A program made the translations under genes and the position numbers. A model generated the notes under the pieces. The model was not told where the DNA came from. It saw only the letters and a list, made by a program, of their open reading frames with translations, and searched no databases. Below, piece by piece: positions 28,349-38,553 of a stretch of 64,000 nt of DNA. The stretch is from Candidatus Omnitrophota bacterium (lineage in GTDB: Bacteria > Omnitrophota > Gorgyraeia > Aquiviventales > Aquiviventaceae), in the NCBI GenBank assembly GCA_023247255.1, contig JAHFGV010000006.1, positions 14,231-78,230 on the forward strand, written 5' to 3'. Numbering within the stretch: the first letter of the stretch is position 1; the number at the start of each line of letters is the position of its first letter.

Positions 28349-28938
28349 TGGACGTTGCCTCTCAGGGTGGTTTGCCTTCACGCTTTTATGGCTTCAAAGT
28401 ATCCCTCCGCGTTTGTCTGCTGAATTTCAGTAGTGTCCCATTGTTTTTGAGATTTTATTGCTCTTCTCGTCGATAAAGTTCGCCGAAACGGTTGAATCGA
28501 CTTCAAGCAAAGATCATGTTTTTATGACAGAGCTCAACGAGAACGCCTTCGAAAATTGAAACGTTGGGACAGCAGTGGCTGAATTTAGGGTATTCCATAC
28601 GACCTACGTTCGGAAGATCTCTTCTCCGGAGAGAGTAAGTCTGAATCCTACCACAAGCTGGAAGTTCAGAGTTGTTAACGGAAGCCTTCAAGACGATTCG
28701 ATGCTCAGCCTCAATGGTATTAACATTCCAGCGATAAATAAACCTATTGCATAATTGGTTTTTCAAGCACCACGTCCGACAGAGTTTGAGCACAGAAAAC
28801 TTATTGCGCAACAGGTCTAATGTGTGATTGCAAGAGCTGACCCCTTCTTCTTGGAGTAGTCCAAATAACCTGTGCTTGTGCAAGTTGCAGACTACAAGCC
28901 TCAAGATCAAAGAGCATCTAGGGTGAAGTTAGCGGACA

Positions 28939-29916
28939 ATGTGTAGAAAAATTGGGAATATCTTTGTATTGGGTAGTGGATTTTCTGCCAGTTGCGGACT
29001 GCCGACACAGGCAGGGCTTTTTAAAGCGCTAATAAACCAAGCGGATCCCAAGGATGTTCCACGATTGCGGAACATGCTGAAGCTTTTCTTCCCGCATATC
29101 GATGAAACTGCCGACAGCTATCCCCCGTTTGAACAATTCCTGAGCCTGCTGACGGCATCGCTGGATCTCTCCTCTGATGAAGAGGGGTCCTTGGCTATGT
29201 TCCCACGCGAGCAACAGGAGAAAGTTCGACAATACTGTCTCCGCCAGCTCCGGATGGTACTGGTCGACAGGAGCGAATCATACCGTAAAAACGAATCAGC
29301 GATCCAAAAATTTGTAAGGTGCTTGAAGACAGGAGACACAATCATTACGTTCAATTGGGATGTTCTCATCGAACAAGCACTCCGTCACGCCAAGAAGAAC
29401 TTCGGATTCTTTTCTCATGCAGACATCACGCTACTGAAGCTTCATGGAAGCTTGGGCTGGTATCTCTTAAAGGACATTGACCGTGACAAACTTCTCGAGT
29501 TTGACAAATTTGACGAAACTTTGGGTGCCTTAAAGCCTGAACACCTCAACTCTCTTCTCGACGTGCCGTCATTGCCCTATATTGTCACTCCGGAACACCA
29601 AAAAAGACCATCAGAGAGACGGGCGATGAGGCCTATCTGGGAGCAGGCATATGATAGGCTGGGGCGAGCAGCGAGAGAGGAAGGTAGTAAGGTTGTGGTT
29701 GTTGGTTATTCCCTTCCTCCGGAAGATTTCGATGCAAGGTTGCTCATGCGAATGGGCATTGGCGCTTGCGGGGACGACAAGAAGATGCTCCACATCATTG
29801 ATCCGGACACTGAGGTTAAAGCTCGCTACTCCTCTTGTATTACTTCTAACATCAAGTTTTACCAGGGGCGCTTCACTGGAGATGAGCTGCCGAAGATATT
29901 AGCTGAAGACTCATAG
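28939..29916 (+). CDS. Solitary SIR2-like (SIR2_2/DUF4020-type) domain protein, 325 aa
   Basis: NIFVLGSGFSASCGLP (NAD-binding GxGxS), ITFNWDVLIE (TxNxD) and LKLHGSLGWY (HG motif) in the spacing characteristic of defence-associated SIR2_2 domains. In-frame stop 9 bp upstream of the ATG. Local GC is ~10% below its surroundings. Confidence 0.65.
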   Translation: MCRKIGNIFVLGSGFSASCGLPTQAGLFKALINQADPKDVPRLRNMLKLFFPHIDETADSYPPFEQFLSLLTASLDLSSDEEGSLAMFPREQQEKVRQYCLRQLRMVLVDRSESYRKNESAIQKFVRCLKTGDTIITFNWDVLIEQALRHAKKNFGFFSHADITLLKLHGSLGWYLLKDIDRDKLLEFDKFDETLGALKPEHLNSLLDVPSLPYIVTPEHQKRPSERRAMRPIWEQAYDRLGRAAREEGSKVVVVGYSLPPEDFDARLLMRMGIGACGDDKKMLHIIDPDTEVKARYSSCITSNIKFYQGRFTGDELPKILAEDS

Positions 29917-30122
29917 TGATCAAATCAACCGTTGGTCATAGATTGGGAAGAAATTCCGGTGACACAGACAGAAAAACTGAGGCGTTTCTGCGGAGGATGT
30001 ACCGGGGTTTTCAATTTGCTGCGCCTCGCTGCTGGAAAATCAGGGACGGGTCTATTTTCTGGGCGGGACTGGGGAGGACGTGACATGAGTCAGGATCATC
30101 GCAAGCGCTTCGGAGTCGATTC

Positions 30123-31010
30123 ATGAAGGTCGTGATTCTCTGTGGAGGATTGGGCACGCGCCTGCGGGAAGAAACCGAGTATCGACCCAAACCCATGGTG
30201 CCAATCGGGGGACGGCCGATCCTGTGGCACATCATGAACCGGTATGCGGCTTACGGGTTTCATGAGTTTGTCTTGTGCCTGGGATACAAGGCGCACATGA
30301 TCAAAGATTATTTTTTGCACTTCCGGACAGAAACGAGCGATTTCACGCTGCGTTTGGGCCAGGGCCACCAGGCGATTGAATACCACAGTCCCCAGCATGA
30401 ACGCGACTGGGTAATTACGTTTGCCGATACCGGAGAGCAGACGATGACCGGAGGCCGTGTCAAACGTATCGAGCAATATGTCGATGGGGATACGTTCATG
30501 CTGACCTACGGGGATGGGTTGGCGGATATCGATATAGCCGAGGGGATCCGTTTTCATAGGCAACACGGCCGGATGGGGACGGTGACCAGCGTGCATCCGG
30601 GAACCGGGCGATTTGGTGAGCTCGTCTTGGCTGGCTCCGAGGTCAGGGATTTTATCGAGAAGCCGGATCAGCACGAAGGATACGTCAGTGGAGGTTTTTT
30701 TATCTTCGAACGGGCGTTCTTCCGATACCTGCAGGAGGACGATCTGTGCGTCCTGGAGCGCGAACCACTCCAGCGTCTTGCGCGGGACGGTCAATTGATG
30801 GCTTATCGTCATCACGGCTACTGGCAGTGCATGGACACCTACCGTGACTATCAACAGCTCAATGAGATTTGGCATCAGGGACAAGCGCCTTGGGGTATAA
30901 TCAAACATGCTTCTGAGGCACCTGCAGGGACCAAGCGCAGTCACCGATCGGGCTCCCCAAACGTTGCACAACCCTTGCGGACATCCCCGGCTCGATCTGA
31001 ATCTCAATGA
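30123..31010 (+). CDS. rfbF: Glucose-1-phosphate cytidylyltransferase
   Basis: MKVVILCGGLGTRLREETEYRPKPMVPIGGRPILWHIM...: DdhA/RfbF signature throughout. Confidence 0.8.
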   Translation: MKVVILCGGLGTRLREETEYRPKPMVPIGGRPILWHIMNRYAAYGFHEFVLCLGYKAHMIKDYFLHFRTETSDFTLRLGQGHQAIEYHSPQHERDWVITFADTGEQTMTGGRVKRIEQYVDGDTFMLTYGDGLADIDIAEGIRFHRQHGRMGTVTSVHPGTGRFGELVLAGSEVRDFIEKPDQHEGYVSGGFFIFERAFFRYLQEDDLCVLEREPLQRLARDGQLMAYRHHGYWQCMDTYRDYQQLNEIWHQGQAPWGIIKHASEAPAGTKRSHRSGSPNVAQPLRTSPARSESQ

Positions 31011-32350
31011 GCACGATAGACGCTGAGTCCATCAAACAAGAGATCCTGGCGAAAGTCCGCGACTATTTCAAGCAGGCGCATGAGCGCAAGGTTTTTGTGC
31101 CCTTTCAGACAAAGATTCCTTATGCCGGACGTGTCTTCGATGCTGAAGAGATCGTGAACCTGGCTGATGCCGCATTAGAGTTCTGGTTGACCTTGGGACG
31201 ATTCGGACAGGAGCTCGAGCGAAAACTCAAGACATTCTTTGACGCCCGGGATGCCCTTTTGGTTAATTCAGGCTCTTCTGCGAACCTTTTGGCTCTAGGA
31301 ACCTTGTGCTCCCCCCACTTGGATCGTCACCTGAAGCCAGGCGATGAAGTCATCACACCCGCCGTGACGTTTCCAACGACGCTGGCTCCCATTGTTCAAC
31401 ACCAGCTTATCCCTGTTTTTGTGGATTCTGAGACAGGTACTTACAACGTCGATCCTCAACAGGTCGCTGATGCGATCTCCCCGTCAACGCGAGCGATTGT
31501 GGTGCCTCATACCCTCGGCAATCCCTGTGACTTGGACGCGTTGATAGCGCTTGCCAAACGTCACGAGCTGTGGCTGGTGGAAGATTGCTGCGACGCTTTG
31601 GGTTCCACTTTTGATGGACGGCACGTGGGCAGTTTCGGGGATCTGGCGACGTTGAGTTGTTATCCCGCTCATCAGATGACGATGGGGGAAGGGGGAGCCG
31701 TGATCGTCAACCGGCAGCGTTTTATCCGTCTTGCGCGATCCATCCGGGATTGGGGGCGGGACTGCTGGTGTGCGCCGGGAGTCAGCGACACCTGTGGCAA
31801 GCGCTTCGGCTGGCAACTGGGTGAGTTGCCTTTGGGCTATGATCACAAATATATCTACTCGCATCTGGGATACAACCTCCGGCCAACCGATCTGCAGGCA
31901 GCCGTAGGATGCGCCCAGTTTGAAAAGCTGGATCGCTTCATCGAACAGCGGCGTCGCAACTTCAGACGATTGCGCGAAGGTCTAGCTATTCTGGAAGAAT
32001 TCCTCATCTTTCCCAGCGTGCATCCCAAGGCTGATCCTGCCTGGTTTGGATTTCCGATCACCTTGCGCAACGGCACCCAGCGCTCGGCGCTTGTGCAGTG
32101 GCTTGAGGCTGCGAAGATCGAGACGCGGATGATCTTTGCGGGCAATATCCTGCGGCAGCCTGCGATGGCCGGTGTTCGTCATCGGGTGCACGGGCAACTG
32201 CGCGTGACGGATAAGGTCATGACCGATGGTTTGTTTCTGGGGGTGTATCCTGGCCTGAGCGATGCGATGATTGATTTCGTGGTCGAACGGGTTACGGGTT
32301 TTTTTCAGGCTTCACGCGTCGGTCGTTCAGCGATTGTATCTGCCACCTAA
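31007..32350 (+). CDS. rfbH: CDP-6-deoxy-D-xylo-4-hexulose-3-dehydrase (E1, PMP/[2Fe-2S] enzyme)
   Basis: DegT-like fold with the E1-specific ...[11 protein letters not shown]... and the C-terminal Cys cluster [11 protein letters not shown]...DTCGKRF; ATGA coupling to rfbF. Confidence 0.8.
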   Translation: MSTIDAESIKQEILAKVRDYFKQAHERKVFVPFQTKIPYAGRVFDAEEIVNLADAALEFWLTLGRFGQELERKLKTFFDARDALLVNSGSSANLLALGTLCSPHLDRHLKPGDEVITPAVTFPTTLAPIVQHQLIPVFVDSETGTYNVDPQQVADAISPSTRAIVVPHTLGNPCDLDALIALAKRHELWLVEDCCDALGSTFDGRHVGSFGDLATLSCYPAHQMTMGEGGAVIVNRQRFIRLARSIRDWGRDCWCAPGVSDTCGKRFGWQLGELPLGYDHKYIYSHLGYNLRPTDLQAAVGCAQFEKLDRFIEQRRRNFRRLREGLAILEEFLIFPSVHPKADPAWFGFPITLRNGTQRSALVQWLEAAKIETRMIFAGNILRQPAMAGVRHRVHGQLRVTDKVMTDGLFLGVYPGLSDAMIDFVVERVTGFFQASRVGRSAIVSAT

Positions 32351-32369
32351 AAACGTGTGGACACAACCG

Positions 32370-33452
32370 ATGGCACAAACGTCACCAGCGAACGTTTCCT
32401 CACAACAGACGTTTTGGCAGGACCGAACGGTTTTCGTCACCGGAGCCTCCGGCCTGGTAGGTTCTTGGGTGTTGAAACGTCTCTTAGCGCTGGGCGCCGA
32501 TGTCGTCTGTCTCTTGCGCGATTGGGTGCCGCAGTCGGAGCTGGTGAGGGAGAAGTTGCTGGAACGAGTCAAGATCGTCCGCGGGGATGTTTGCGATCAA
32601 CAGATCCTGGAGCGGGTGCTGGGAGAGTATGAAGTGGAATCCGTCATTCACCTGGCTGCGCAGACGATTGTGGGAGTGGCCAACCGAAATCCGGCTGGGA
32701 CATTTGAAACCAACATCCGCGGCACATGGACGTTGCTGGAGGCTGCTCGAGTGAGTCCCACGGTGAAGCAGATCGTCATCGCCTCATCCGATAAAGCCTA
32801 TGGCGATCAGCCCAATCTGCCCTATAATGAACAAAGCCCACTGCAAGGAAGGCATCCCTACGACGTCAGTAAGTCCTGTGCGGATCTATTGGCCCACGCC
32901 TATGCGACGACGTATCAGTTGCCACTTTGCATCACCCGCTGCGGCAACTTCTATGGTGGGGGCGACTTGAACTGGAACCGTATCGTCCCTGGAACGATCC
33001 GATCCGTGCTGCGCGGCAAGCGTCCGGTCATCCGTTCGGATGGGCGGTATCTTCGCGACTACTTATATGTCGAGGATGCTGCAGATGCTTACACGTTGCT
33101 CGTTGAACGTCTGGCGCAATGCCCTGAGCTTCGTGGAGAGGCGTTTAACTTCTCGAACGAGCAGCCGATGACGGTTATCGAGTTGGTAGAAAAAATTTTG
33201 ACCTTGATGGGTTCCTCCCTTGAACCAGAGATTCGCAACGAAGCGACGCATGAGATTCGGGATCAATACCTCAGCGCCCGCAAGGCCCGTGAGGTGTTAG
33301 GCTGGCAGCCGCTGTACGGTTTTGAGGAAGGGCTCAAGAGAACCGTTCAATGGTATGAGGCGTTCTTCGAAATTCCTGAAATTCAAAGGCAACGTTCGGA
33401 AGGATTGGATCCTTGTGAAATGCCAATTCCTGGGCCAGGAGATTCGATATGA
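32370..33452 (+). CDS. rfbG: CDP-glucose 4,6-dehydratase
   Basis: [31 protein letters not shown]... matches the DdhB/RfbG N-terminus; catalytic YDVSK. Confidence 0.8.
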   Translation: MAQTSPANVSSQQTFWQDRTVFVTGASGLVGSWVLKRLLALGADVVCLLRDWVPQSELVREKLLERVKIVRGDVCDQQILERVLGEYEVESVIHLAAQTIVGVANRNPAGTFETNIRGTWTLLEAARVSPTVKQIVIASSDKAYGDQPNLPYNEQSPLQGRHPYDVSKSCADLLAHAYATTYQLPLCITRCGNFYGGGDLNWNRIVPGTIRSVLRGKRPVIRSDGRYLRDYLYVEDAADAYTLLVERLAQCPELRGEAFNFSNEQPMTVIELVEKILTLMGSSLEPEIRNEATHEIRDQYLSARKAREVLGWQPLYGFEEGLKRTVQWYEAFFEIPEIQRQRSEGLDPCEMPIPGPGDSI

Positions 33453-35242
33453 AACTGTCCGATTACGTCGTCGATTACCTTGTGGGTTTGGGCACGCGTG
33501 ATGTGTTTATGGTGATCGGCGGAGCCTGCGCGCATCTGGCACACTCCCTCCACGATCGTCAGGATATCCGCTACGTCTGTGTACAGCATGAACAAGCAGG
33601 GGCGATGGCTGTTGAGGCTTACTCTCGGCTGACCGGACGCTTGGGAGCGATGCTTGTGACAAGCGGGCCCGGGGCGACGAATCTAATCACGGGAATCTGT
33701 GGGGCCTGGTTTGACTCCATCGCCTGTTTATTTCTCACAGGACAGGTCAACACCCACGAGCAGCGAGGACCACGGCCAGTCAGACAGGTGGGATTTCAGG
33801 AGACGGATATTGTCAGCATCGTGAAGCCCATTACGAAATATGCCACGATGATCGATCATCCGGAACGCATCCGCTATGAACTCCAGAAGGCGACTTATAT
33901 AGCCCGCTGCGGACGTCCCGGGCCTGTTTTGCTCGATATTCCGCTTGATATCCAGCGAGCGGACATTGATCCCAATCGCCTGGAGGGTTTTGATGCTCCG
34001 GACTCAGAAGATGCCCTATCGATTCAAGAACTACAGGCAAACGTAACGCAATGCGTGGAATCACTTGAGTCCGCCCAGCGGCCCGTGCTTTTGGTCGGAG
34101 GAGGAATTCGTCTGGCAAATGCCCAGCAAGAGATTCGTCAGGTTGCCGACCGTCTGGGGATTCCAATCGTCGTCTCCTGGAGTGGGTTTGACCTCATTGC
34201 ATTCAACCATCCGCTCTCTATCGGACACTTGGGAGTCTACGGCTCACGCGCCGCAAATTTCACCGTTCAAAACAGCGATCTTTTACTGAGCGTTGGCTCA
34301 CGGTTGGATACGCGCCAGACTGGCGGTAAACCGAGCACCTTTGCCCGGCAGGCCAAAAAGATCATGGTCGATATCGATCCGGGCGAGCTTCACAAACGAC
34401 GCGGGCTGGATGCAGATCTGGCCATTGCCGTGGATGCGAAGCGCTTTCTGCAAGTGCTTCTGGAAAGCCTTCCCAAGAAACACCAGCGAGCCATCACCTC
34501 TTGGGTACAGCGCACCCAACAGTGGAAGCGCCAGTATCCCACGGTGCTGCCAGAGTATTTCCGTCAGGAGCGCAACGTCAATCCTTATGTCTTCATTAAA
34601 ACCTTGTCTGCGGTGCTAGACGCCGAGGCCGTGGTCATTACCGACTGCGGCGCTAACCTTACTTGGACGATCCAGGCCTTTGAAGTGAAAGAAAATCAGC
34701 GGGTGTTATCCACTTTCGGAAATTCTCCGATGGGCTATTCCTTCGCCGCTGCGATCGGTGCGGCCATCGGGCTGAATCGTACGATCATTTGTATCATCGG
34801 AGACGGCGGTTTTCAGATGAACATCCAAGAGCTCCAAACCGTTTTCCACTACAAGCTTCCGATCAAAACATTCATTCTCAACAACCATTCCTACGGTATC
34901 ATCAAGCAGTTCCAGGATATGTATTTCAACTCCGTGTATGTCGGCTCAGGCGAAGGCTATAGCTGTCCGGATTTCGTGAAGGTCGTCGAGGCGTATGGGA
35001 TTGCGACGGCGCGGATCTCAAGCCACAGCTCTCTCACCGAGCAGATTCACCAAGTCCTGCGCCAGCCGGGTCCTGTTGTGTGCGACGTGGTTTTGAATGA
35101 CGATGCCAAGCTGACTCCACGCCTGGAATTTGGCAAGTCGATTGAGGATCAGACCCCGTATCTTTCTCGCGAGGAATTTATGTCAAACATGATCGTTGCG
35201 CCAGTGCCGGAGTCAATCGAACAGGAGGTGAAACATGTCTGA
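33449..35242 (+). CDS. ThDP-dependent acetolactate-synthase-family enzyme (YerE-like candidate C-C ligase for branched sugars; no small subunit present)
   Basis: TPP_enzyme N, central and C-terminal domains ([11 protein letters not shown]..., GDGGFQMN...); ATGA-coupled to rfbG and 8-bp overlap with panB. Confidence 0.7.
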   Translation: MKLSDYVVDYLVGLGTRDVFMVIGGACAHLAHSLHDRQDIRYVCVQHEQAGAMAVEAYSRLTGRLGAMLVTSGPGATNLITGICGAWFDSIACLFLTGQVNTHEQRGPRPVRQVGFQETDIVSIVKPITKYATMIDHPERIRYELQKATYIARCGRPGPVLLDIPLDIQRADIDPNRLEGFDAPDSEDALSIQELQANVTQCVESLESAQRPVLLVGGGIRLANAQQEIRQVADRLGIPIVVSWSGFDLIAFNHPLSIGHLGVYGSRAANFTVQNSDLLLSVGSRLDTRQTGGKPSTFARQAKKIMVDIDPGELHKRRGLDADLAIAVDAKRFLQVLLESLPKKHQRAITSWVQRTQQWKRQYPTVLPEYFRQERNVNPYVFIKTLSAVLDAEAVVITDCGANLTWTIQAFEVKENQRVLSTFGNSPMGYSFAAAIGAAIGLNRTIICIIGDGGFQMNIQELQTVFHYKLPIKTFILNNHSYGIIKQFQDMYFNSVYVGSGEGYSCPDFVKVVEAYGIATARISSHSSLTEQIHQVLRQPGPVVCDVVLNDDAKLTPRLEFGKSIEDQTPYLSREEFMSNMIVAPVPESIEQEVKHV

Positions 35243-36104
35243 GGAACGCAAGAAAGTAACCCTGCACACCCTCTATCGCCTCAAAGCTGAAGACAAACGA
35301 GCGGTCTACATCACGGCTTATGACTATCCCTTCGCCCTTCTTGCGGATCGTGCCGGCGTGGATATGATTCTAGTCGGGGATTCCCTGGCCATGACCGTTC
35401 ATGGGTATTCGACGACGCTGCCGATCACGATGAACGAAATGATCAGCCACGCCAAGGCCGTGACCCGAGCCGCCAAATCGGCGTTTGTCTTTGGCGACAT
35501 GCCTTATATGTCGTATCAGCCGTCGGATCGAGACGCGATCATCAACGCGGGGCGGTTTATCCAAGAAGCGGGTTGCGATGGAGTCAAATTGGAAGGTGGC
35601 CGTCGCGTGCTCAGTCGAGTCAAAGCCATTGTCGAGGCCGGGATCGTTGTCCAGGGGCATCTGGGATTGACGCCGCAAAATCTTGGGCAATTGGGAGGCT
35701 ATCGGGTCCAGGGTAAAACGAAGGAATCTTATCAGGCACTCCTCGATGATGCCAAGTCCTTGGAAGCTGCCGGTGCTTCGTCTTTGCTTTTAGAGGCGAT
35801 GCCGGCCGTAACGGCTGCAAAAATCAGGGAGCAGCTTTCTATCCCTGTATATGGCATCGGTGCCGGCGATCAGGTGGATGGCCAACTGGTCATCATCCAT
35901 GACATCCTCGGACTGTTCGAGCAGTTCACGCCCAAGTTCGTTAAGCGCTACTGCGAGGCTGGAATCCTCATCAAAGCGGCCCTAGAGCAATACGCCGCTG
36001 AGGTTCGAGGGGGTACTTTTCCTGGCCCCCAGCAGTGCTATGAGATTGCTCCAGAGGAGCGACAGCGCATCCTTGGGGTTGGGACAACCGCAGTGCCATC
36101 TTGA
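35235..36104 (+). CDS. panB: 3-methyl-2-oxobutanoate hydroxymethyltransferase (ketopantoate hydroxymethyltransferase) homolog
   Basis: Canonical PanB motifs: YDYPFALLADRAGVDMILVGDSLAM, KLEGG, QGHLGLTPQ. Confidence 0.8.
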   Translation: MSEERKKVTLHTLYRLKAEDKRAVYITAYDYPFALLADRAGVDMILVGDSLAMTVHGYSTTLPITMNEMISHAKAVTRAAKSAFVFGDMPYMSYQPSDRDAIINAGRFIQEAGCDGVKLEGGRRVLSRVKAIVEAGIVVQGHLGLTPQNLGQLGGYRVQGKTKESYQALLDDAKSLEAAGASSLLLEAMPAVTAAKIREQLSIPVYGIGAGDQVDGQLVIIHDILGLFEQFTPKFVKRYCEAGILIKAALEQYAAEVRGGTFPGPQQCYEIAPEERQRILGVGTTAVPS

Positions 36105-36149
36105 AAACGCCAAGAAGGTCGTAAGCCAAGGTCATAAAAAATCAGAAGA

Positions 36150-37241
36150 ATGCCCACAGCAGCATCGCAGGTAACTGCTATTTCCTTAATCGAGCAGGAT
36201 AGCGAACGCGTAGTTTCTGAGGTTGGAGACTCCATCCACCGACTCTGCGGAAAAACGCTTCTCTTGACAGGGGCGAATGGATTTTTGGCAAGTTATTTGG
36301 TAGATACCGTTGCATGGATGAACCAGCATGTGTTCTCATCCCCCTGCCGGTTGATTGCTATGGTGCGTTCGCCTATCACGCCATCGGAACGTCTAGGTCA
36401 CTTGCTGGGTCGTGGCGATGTGCAATTCATCCAGCAGGATGTCTGCGCTCCTGTTCACCTGGATGGTCCTATTAACTTTGTTGTCCACGCGGCCTCCAAG
36501 GCTTCTCCAAAAGACTACCTCGCCCACCCTCTGGAGACGATGGATGCTAATGTCATTGGGACCCGGCTTTTGCTTGATCTTGTCAAGGCGCAACGGACTG
36601 GGCGTGTGCTCTTTTTGAGTAGCGGTGAAATCTATGGCAATGTTTCTGCTCAGTTCATTCCGATTCAGGAAGACTGTCCTTGGAGTATGCCTCCTACTGA
36701 CCCCCGAGCCTGTTATGCCGAGTCAAAACGATATGGGGAGGCTTTGTGTCTTGCCTATTGGCGGGAGTATCAAGTCCCAGTTAATATTGCACGAACATTT
36801 CATGTGTATGGGCCTGGGCTTCGCTTGGATGATGGAAGGGTGATGGCGGATTTCTTTAGGCACCGTCTCGAGAATACCCCCTTGCGTGTCTTAAGCGATG
36901 GCAGTGGGGTTCGAGCTTTTTGCTATGTGTCTGACGCTGTGACGGGGTTCTTGAAACTACTGCTCTCCGACTGCCATGGGGAAGTCGTAAATATCGGGAA
37001 TGATCAGGAACCCCTCTCGGTTCGTGAACTGGCCCTGTTGATCGCAACACTTGAAGATCCTCAGTTGCCTGTCAAGTTCCAGTCTGTTGCATTGCCCGAG
37101 CATTTGCGCGGAAGCCCTTCACAAGTCTGTCCGGACATCAGCAAAGCTCGACGCTTGCTGCACTTTGAACCGCGCGTCGGGCTACGGGAAGGGTTGTGCA
37201 AAACGCTTCAATGGCATCGGGCATGCCTGGGCAGACGATGA
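36150..37241 (+). CDS. NAD(P)-dependent sugar epimerase/reductase (extended SDR)
   Basis: LLLTGANGFLASYLV Rossmann motif, catalytic YAESK; ATGA-coupled to the downstream GT2. Confidence 0.6.
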   Translation: MPTAASQVTAISLIEQDSERVVSEVGDSIHRLCGKTLLLTGANGFLASYLVDTVAWMNQHVFSSPCRLIAMVRSPITPSERLGHLLGRGDVQFIQQDVCAPVHLDGPINFVVHAASKASPKDYLAHPLETMDANVIGTRLLLDLVKAQRTGRVLFLSSGEIYGNVSAQFIPIQEDCPWSMPPTDPRACYAESKRYGEALCLAYWREYQVPVNIARTFHVYGPGLRLDDGRVMADFFRHRLENTPLRVLSDGSGVRAFCYVSDAVTGFLKLLLSDCHGEVVNIGNDQEPLSVRELALLIATLEDPQLPVKFQSVALPEHLRGSPSQVCPDISKARRLLHFEPRVGLREGLCKTLQWHRACLGRR

Positions 37242-38293
37242 TCGAGGAAGACAACGCAATGCTATCCGAACGCACGAGTCGCCAGGCAATCACTTCTGTC
37301 AGTGCAAAAGCACCACCGCTTGTGTCGATCATCATTCCTGCGCGAAATGAAGCGGAGAATATCCCGCGGCTTGAAGCGGAATTATTAGCAACGGTCGATT
37401 CACTGCCCTACGCGTTTGAATTCCTCGTGATCGATAATGCCAGTGAAGATGGCACCGGAGCATTGCTCAAAGCCATCTGCGCTCGTGATCCTCGGTGGAA
37501 ATACATACGATTCAGCCGAGACTTCACGGTGGAAATGTCGCTGACGGCCGGATACCATCTCTGCTCTGGAGAAGCCATCATCGTCCTCCATTCCGACCTT
37601 CAGGATCCTCCAGAGACCATTCCGCGGTTTCTTGAGAAATGGCACGAGGGCTACGATGTCGTCTATGGGGTGCGAACCGTTAGACCTGGGGAGCCAACGT
37701 GGCGCAATGTGGCGGTTCATTGGGCTTACCGCTGCATTGCCTGGGCCTCAGACGTCCCAATTCCACTAGATGCTGGGGATTTTCGTCTCATCTCGAAACG
37801 AGTCAGGGATGCCCTGGAGCAGTGCGGGGAATACAACCGCTATATGCGGGGCTTGGTCGCTTGGCTCGGATTTCGGCAGGTGGGCATTCCCTATGAACGG
37901 AGGCCGAGGAAAGCGGGTAGGAGCAATGCCCCCTTCTGGCATTTGGTGTCGTTCACCTTCAATGCAATCACGAGTTTCTCTCTAAAACCGCTTCGGATGT
38001 TTACTTTTATGGGTCTGTTGCTACTACTGCTGTCGGTGGGTGCGCTTCCTATCTATGTCGTTCTCTACCTCATCGGCTCCCCGCCGCCGGGCATTACGAC
38101 CATTATCGTTTTATTATTTATCGGCATCGGCTTAAACAGCTTAGGCATTGGCATCTTGGGCGAGTATCTGGGCCGAACCTATGCCGAGGTGAAAAGAAGA
38201 CCCCTGTACCTCATTCAAGAAACGGTTAATGTGGATGCCCCTGCGATGTCACAGGAACTGGCTCTTTCAGGAAAGAGAGAGGATCTTAAATGA
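37238..38293 (+). CDS. GT2 polyprenyl-phosphate glycosyltransferase (GtrB/ArnC/DPM1-like) with C-terminal TM helices
   Basis: VSIIIPARNEAENI...VIDNASEDGT...LHSDLQDP (DxD) plus two C-terminal TM helices. The start could be 37259. Confidence 0.7.
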   Translation: MIEEDNAMLSERTSRQAITSVSAKAPPLVSIIIPARNEAENIPRLEAELLATVDSLPYAFEFLVIDNASEDGTGALLKAICARDPRWKYIRFSRDFTVEMSLTAGYHLCSGEAIIVLHSDLQDPPETIPRFLEKWHEGYDVVYGVRTVRPGEPTWRNVAVHWAYRCIAWASDVPIPLDAGDFRLISKRVRDALEQCGEYNRYMRGLVAWLGFRQVGIPYERRPRKAGRSNAPFWHLVSFTFNAITSFSLKPLRMFTFMGLLLLLLSVGALPIYVVLYLIGSPPPGITTIIVLLFIGIGLNSLGIGILGEYLGRTYAEVKRRPLYLIQETVNVDAPAMSQELALSGKREDLK

Positions 38294-38553
38294 TAACGGC
38301 TAAGCAACAGCAAGTCTTGGGATACATCACGCATTACGTCATGGAGCATCAGCGTGCGCCGCTGATCCGTGAGATTCAAGAAGGGTGTCAGATCAGGTCC
38401 TATAAATCCGCGATTGACCGTTTAAGCGCCCTGGAACGCAAGGGGATCATCAAGCGTCTTTCCAACAAGCATCGCGGCATCCGCTTGCTTCAACAACCCA
38501 CCGCAGGCTCCCCAGCCGTGGAAGCAGTCCCAGCCCTTCAGGAGGTTCGCTAA
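38290..38553 (+). CDS. Stand-alone LexA-type winged-helix DNA-binding domain protein (no S24 peptidase domain)
   Basis: MITAKQQQVLGYITHYVMEHQRAPLIREIQEGCQIRSYKSAIDRLSALERKGIIKR matches the LexA N-terminal DNA-binding domain pattern; only 87 aa. Confidence 0.5.
   Translation: MITAKQQQVLGYITHYVMEHQRAPLIREIQEGCQIRSYKSAIDRLSALERKGIIKRLSNKHRGIRLLQQPTAGSPAVEAVPALQEVR

Noticed and set aside
28503-28910. 135-aa minus-strand ORF in the AT-rich islet
   Set aside because: Cys/Arg/Trp-rich, no RBS or motif; treated as non-coding, although the region itself is flagged.
29932-30126. 64-aa ORF between the SIR2-like gene and rfbF
   Set aside because: Gly/Arg-rich, no motif, overlaps the rfbF start; kept only as an unlikely partner candidate in the SIR2 finding.
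30096-31007. 303-aa minus-strand ORF antisense to rfbF
   Set aside because: rfbF on + is near-canonical; the antisense ORF is a shadow ORF in a high-GC third-position context.
33449-36104. Interpreting the ALS-like and PanB genes simply as housekeeping ilvB and panB
   Set aside because: Not rejected outright. However, there is no ilvN/ilvC/ilvD or panC/panD nearby, and there is tight translational coupling to rfbG and the sugar SDR. This led to reporting them as probable pathway-dedicated paralogs with the housekeeping reading as the explicit alternative.
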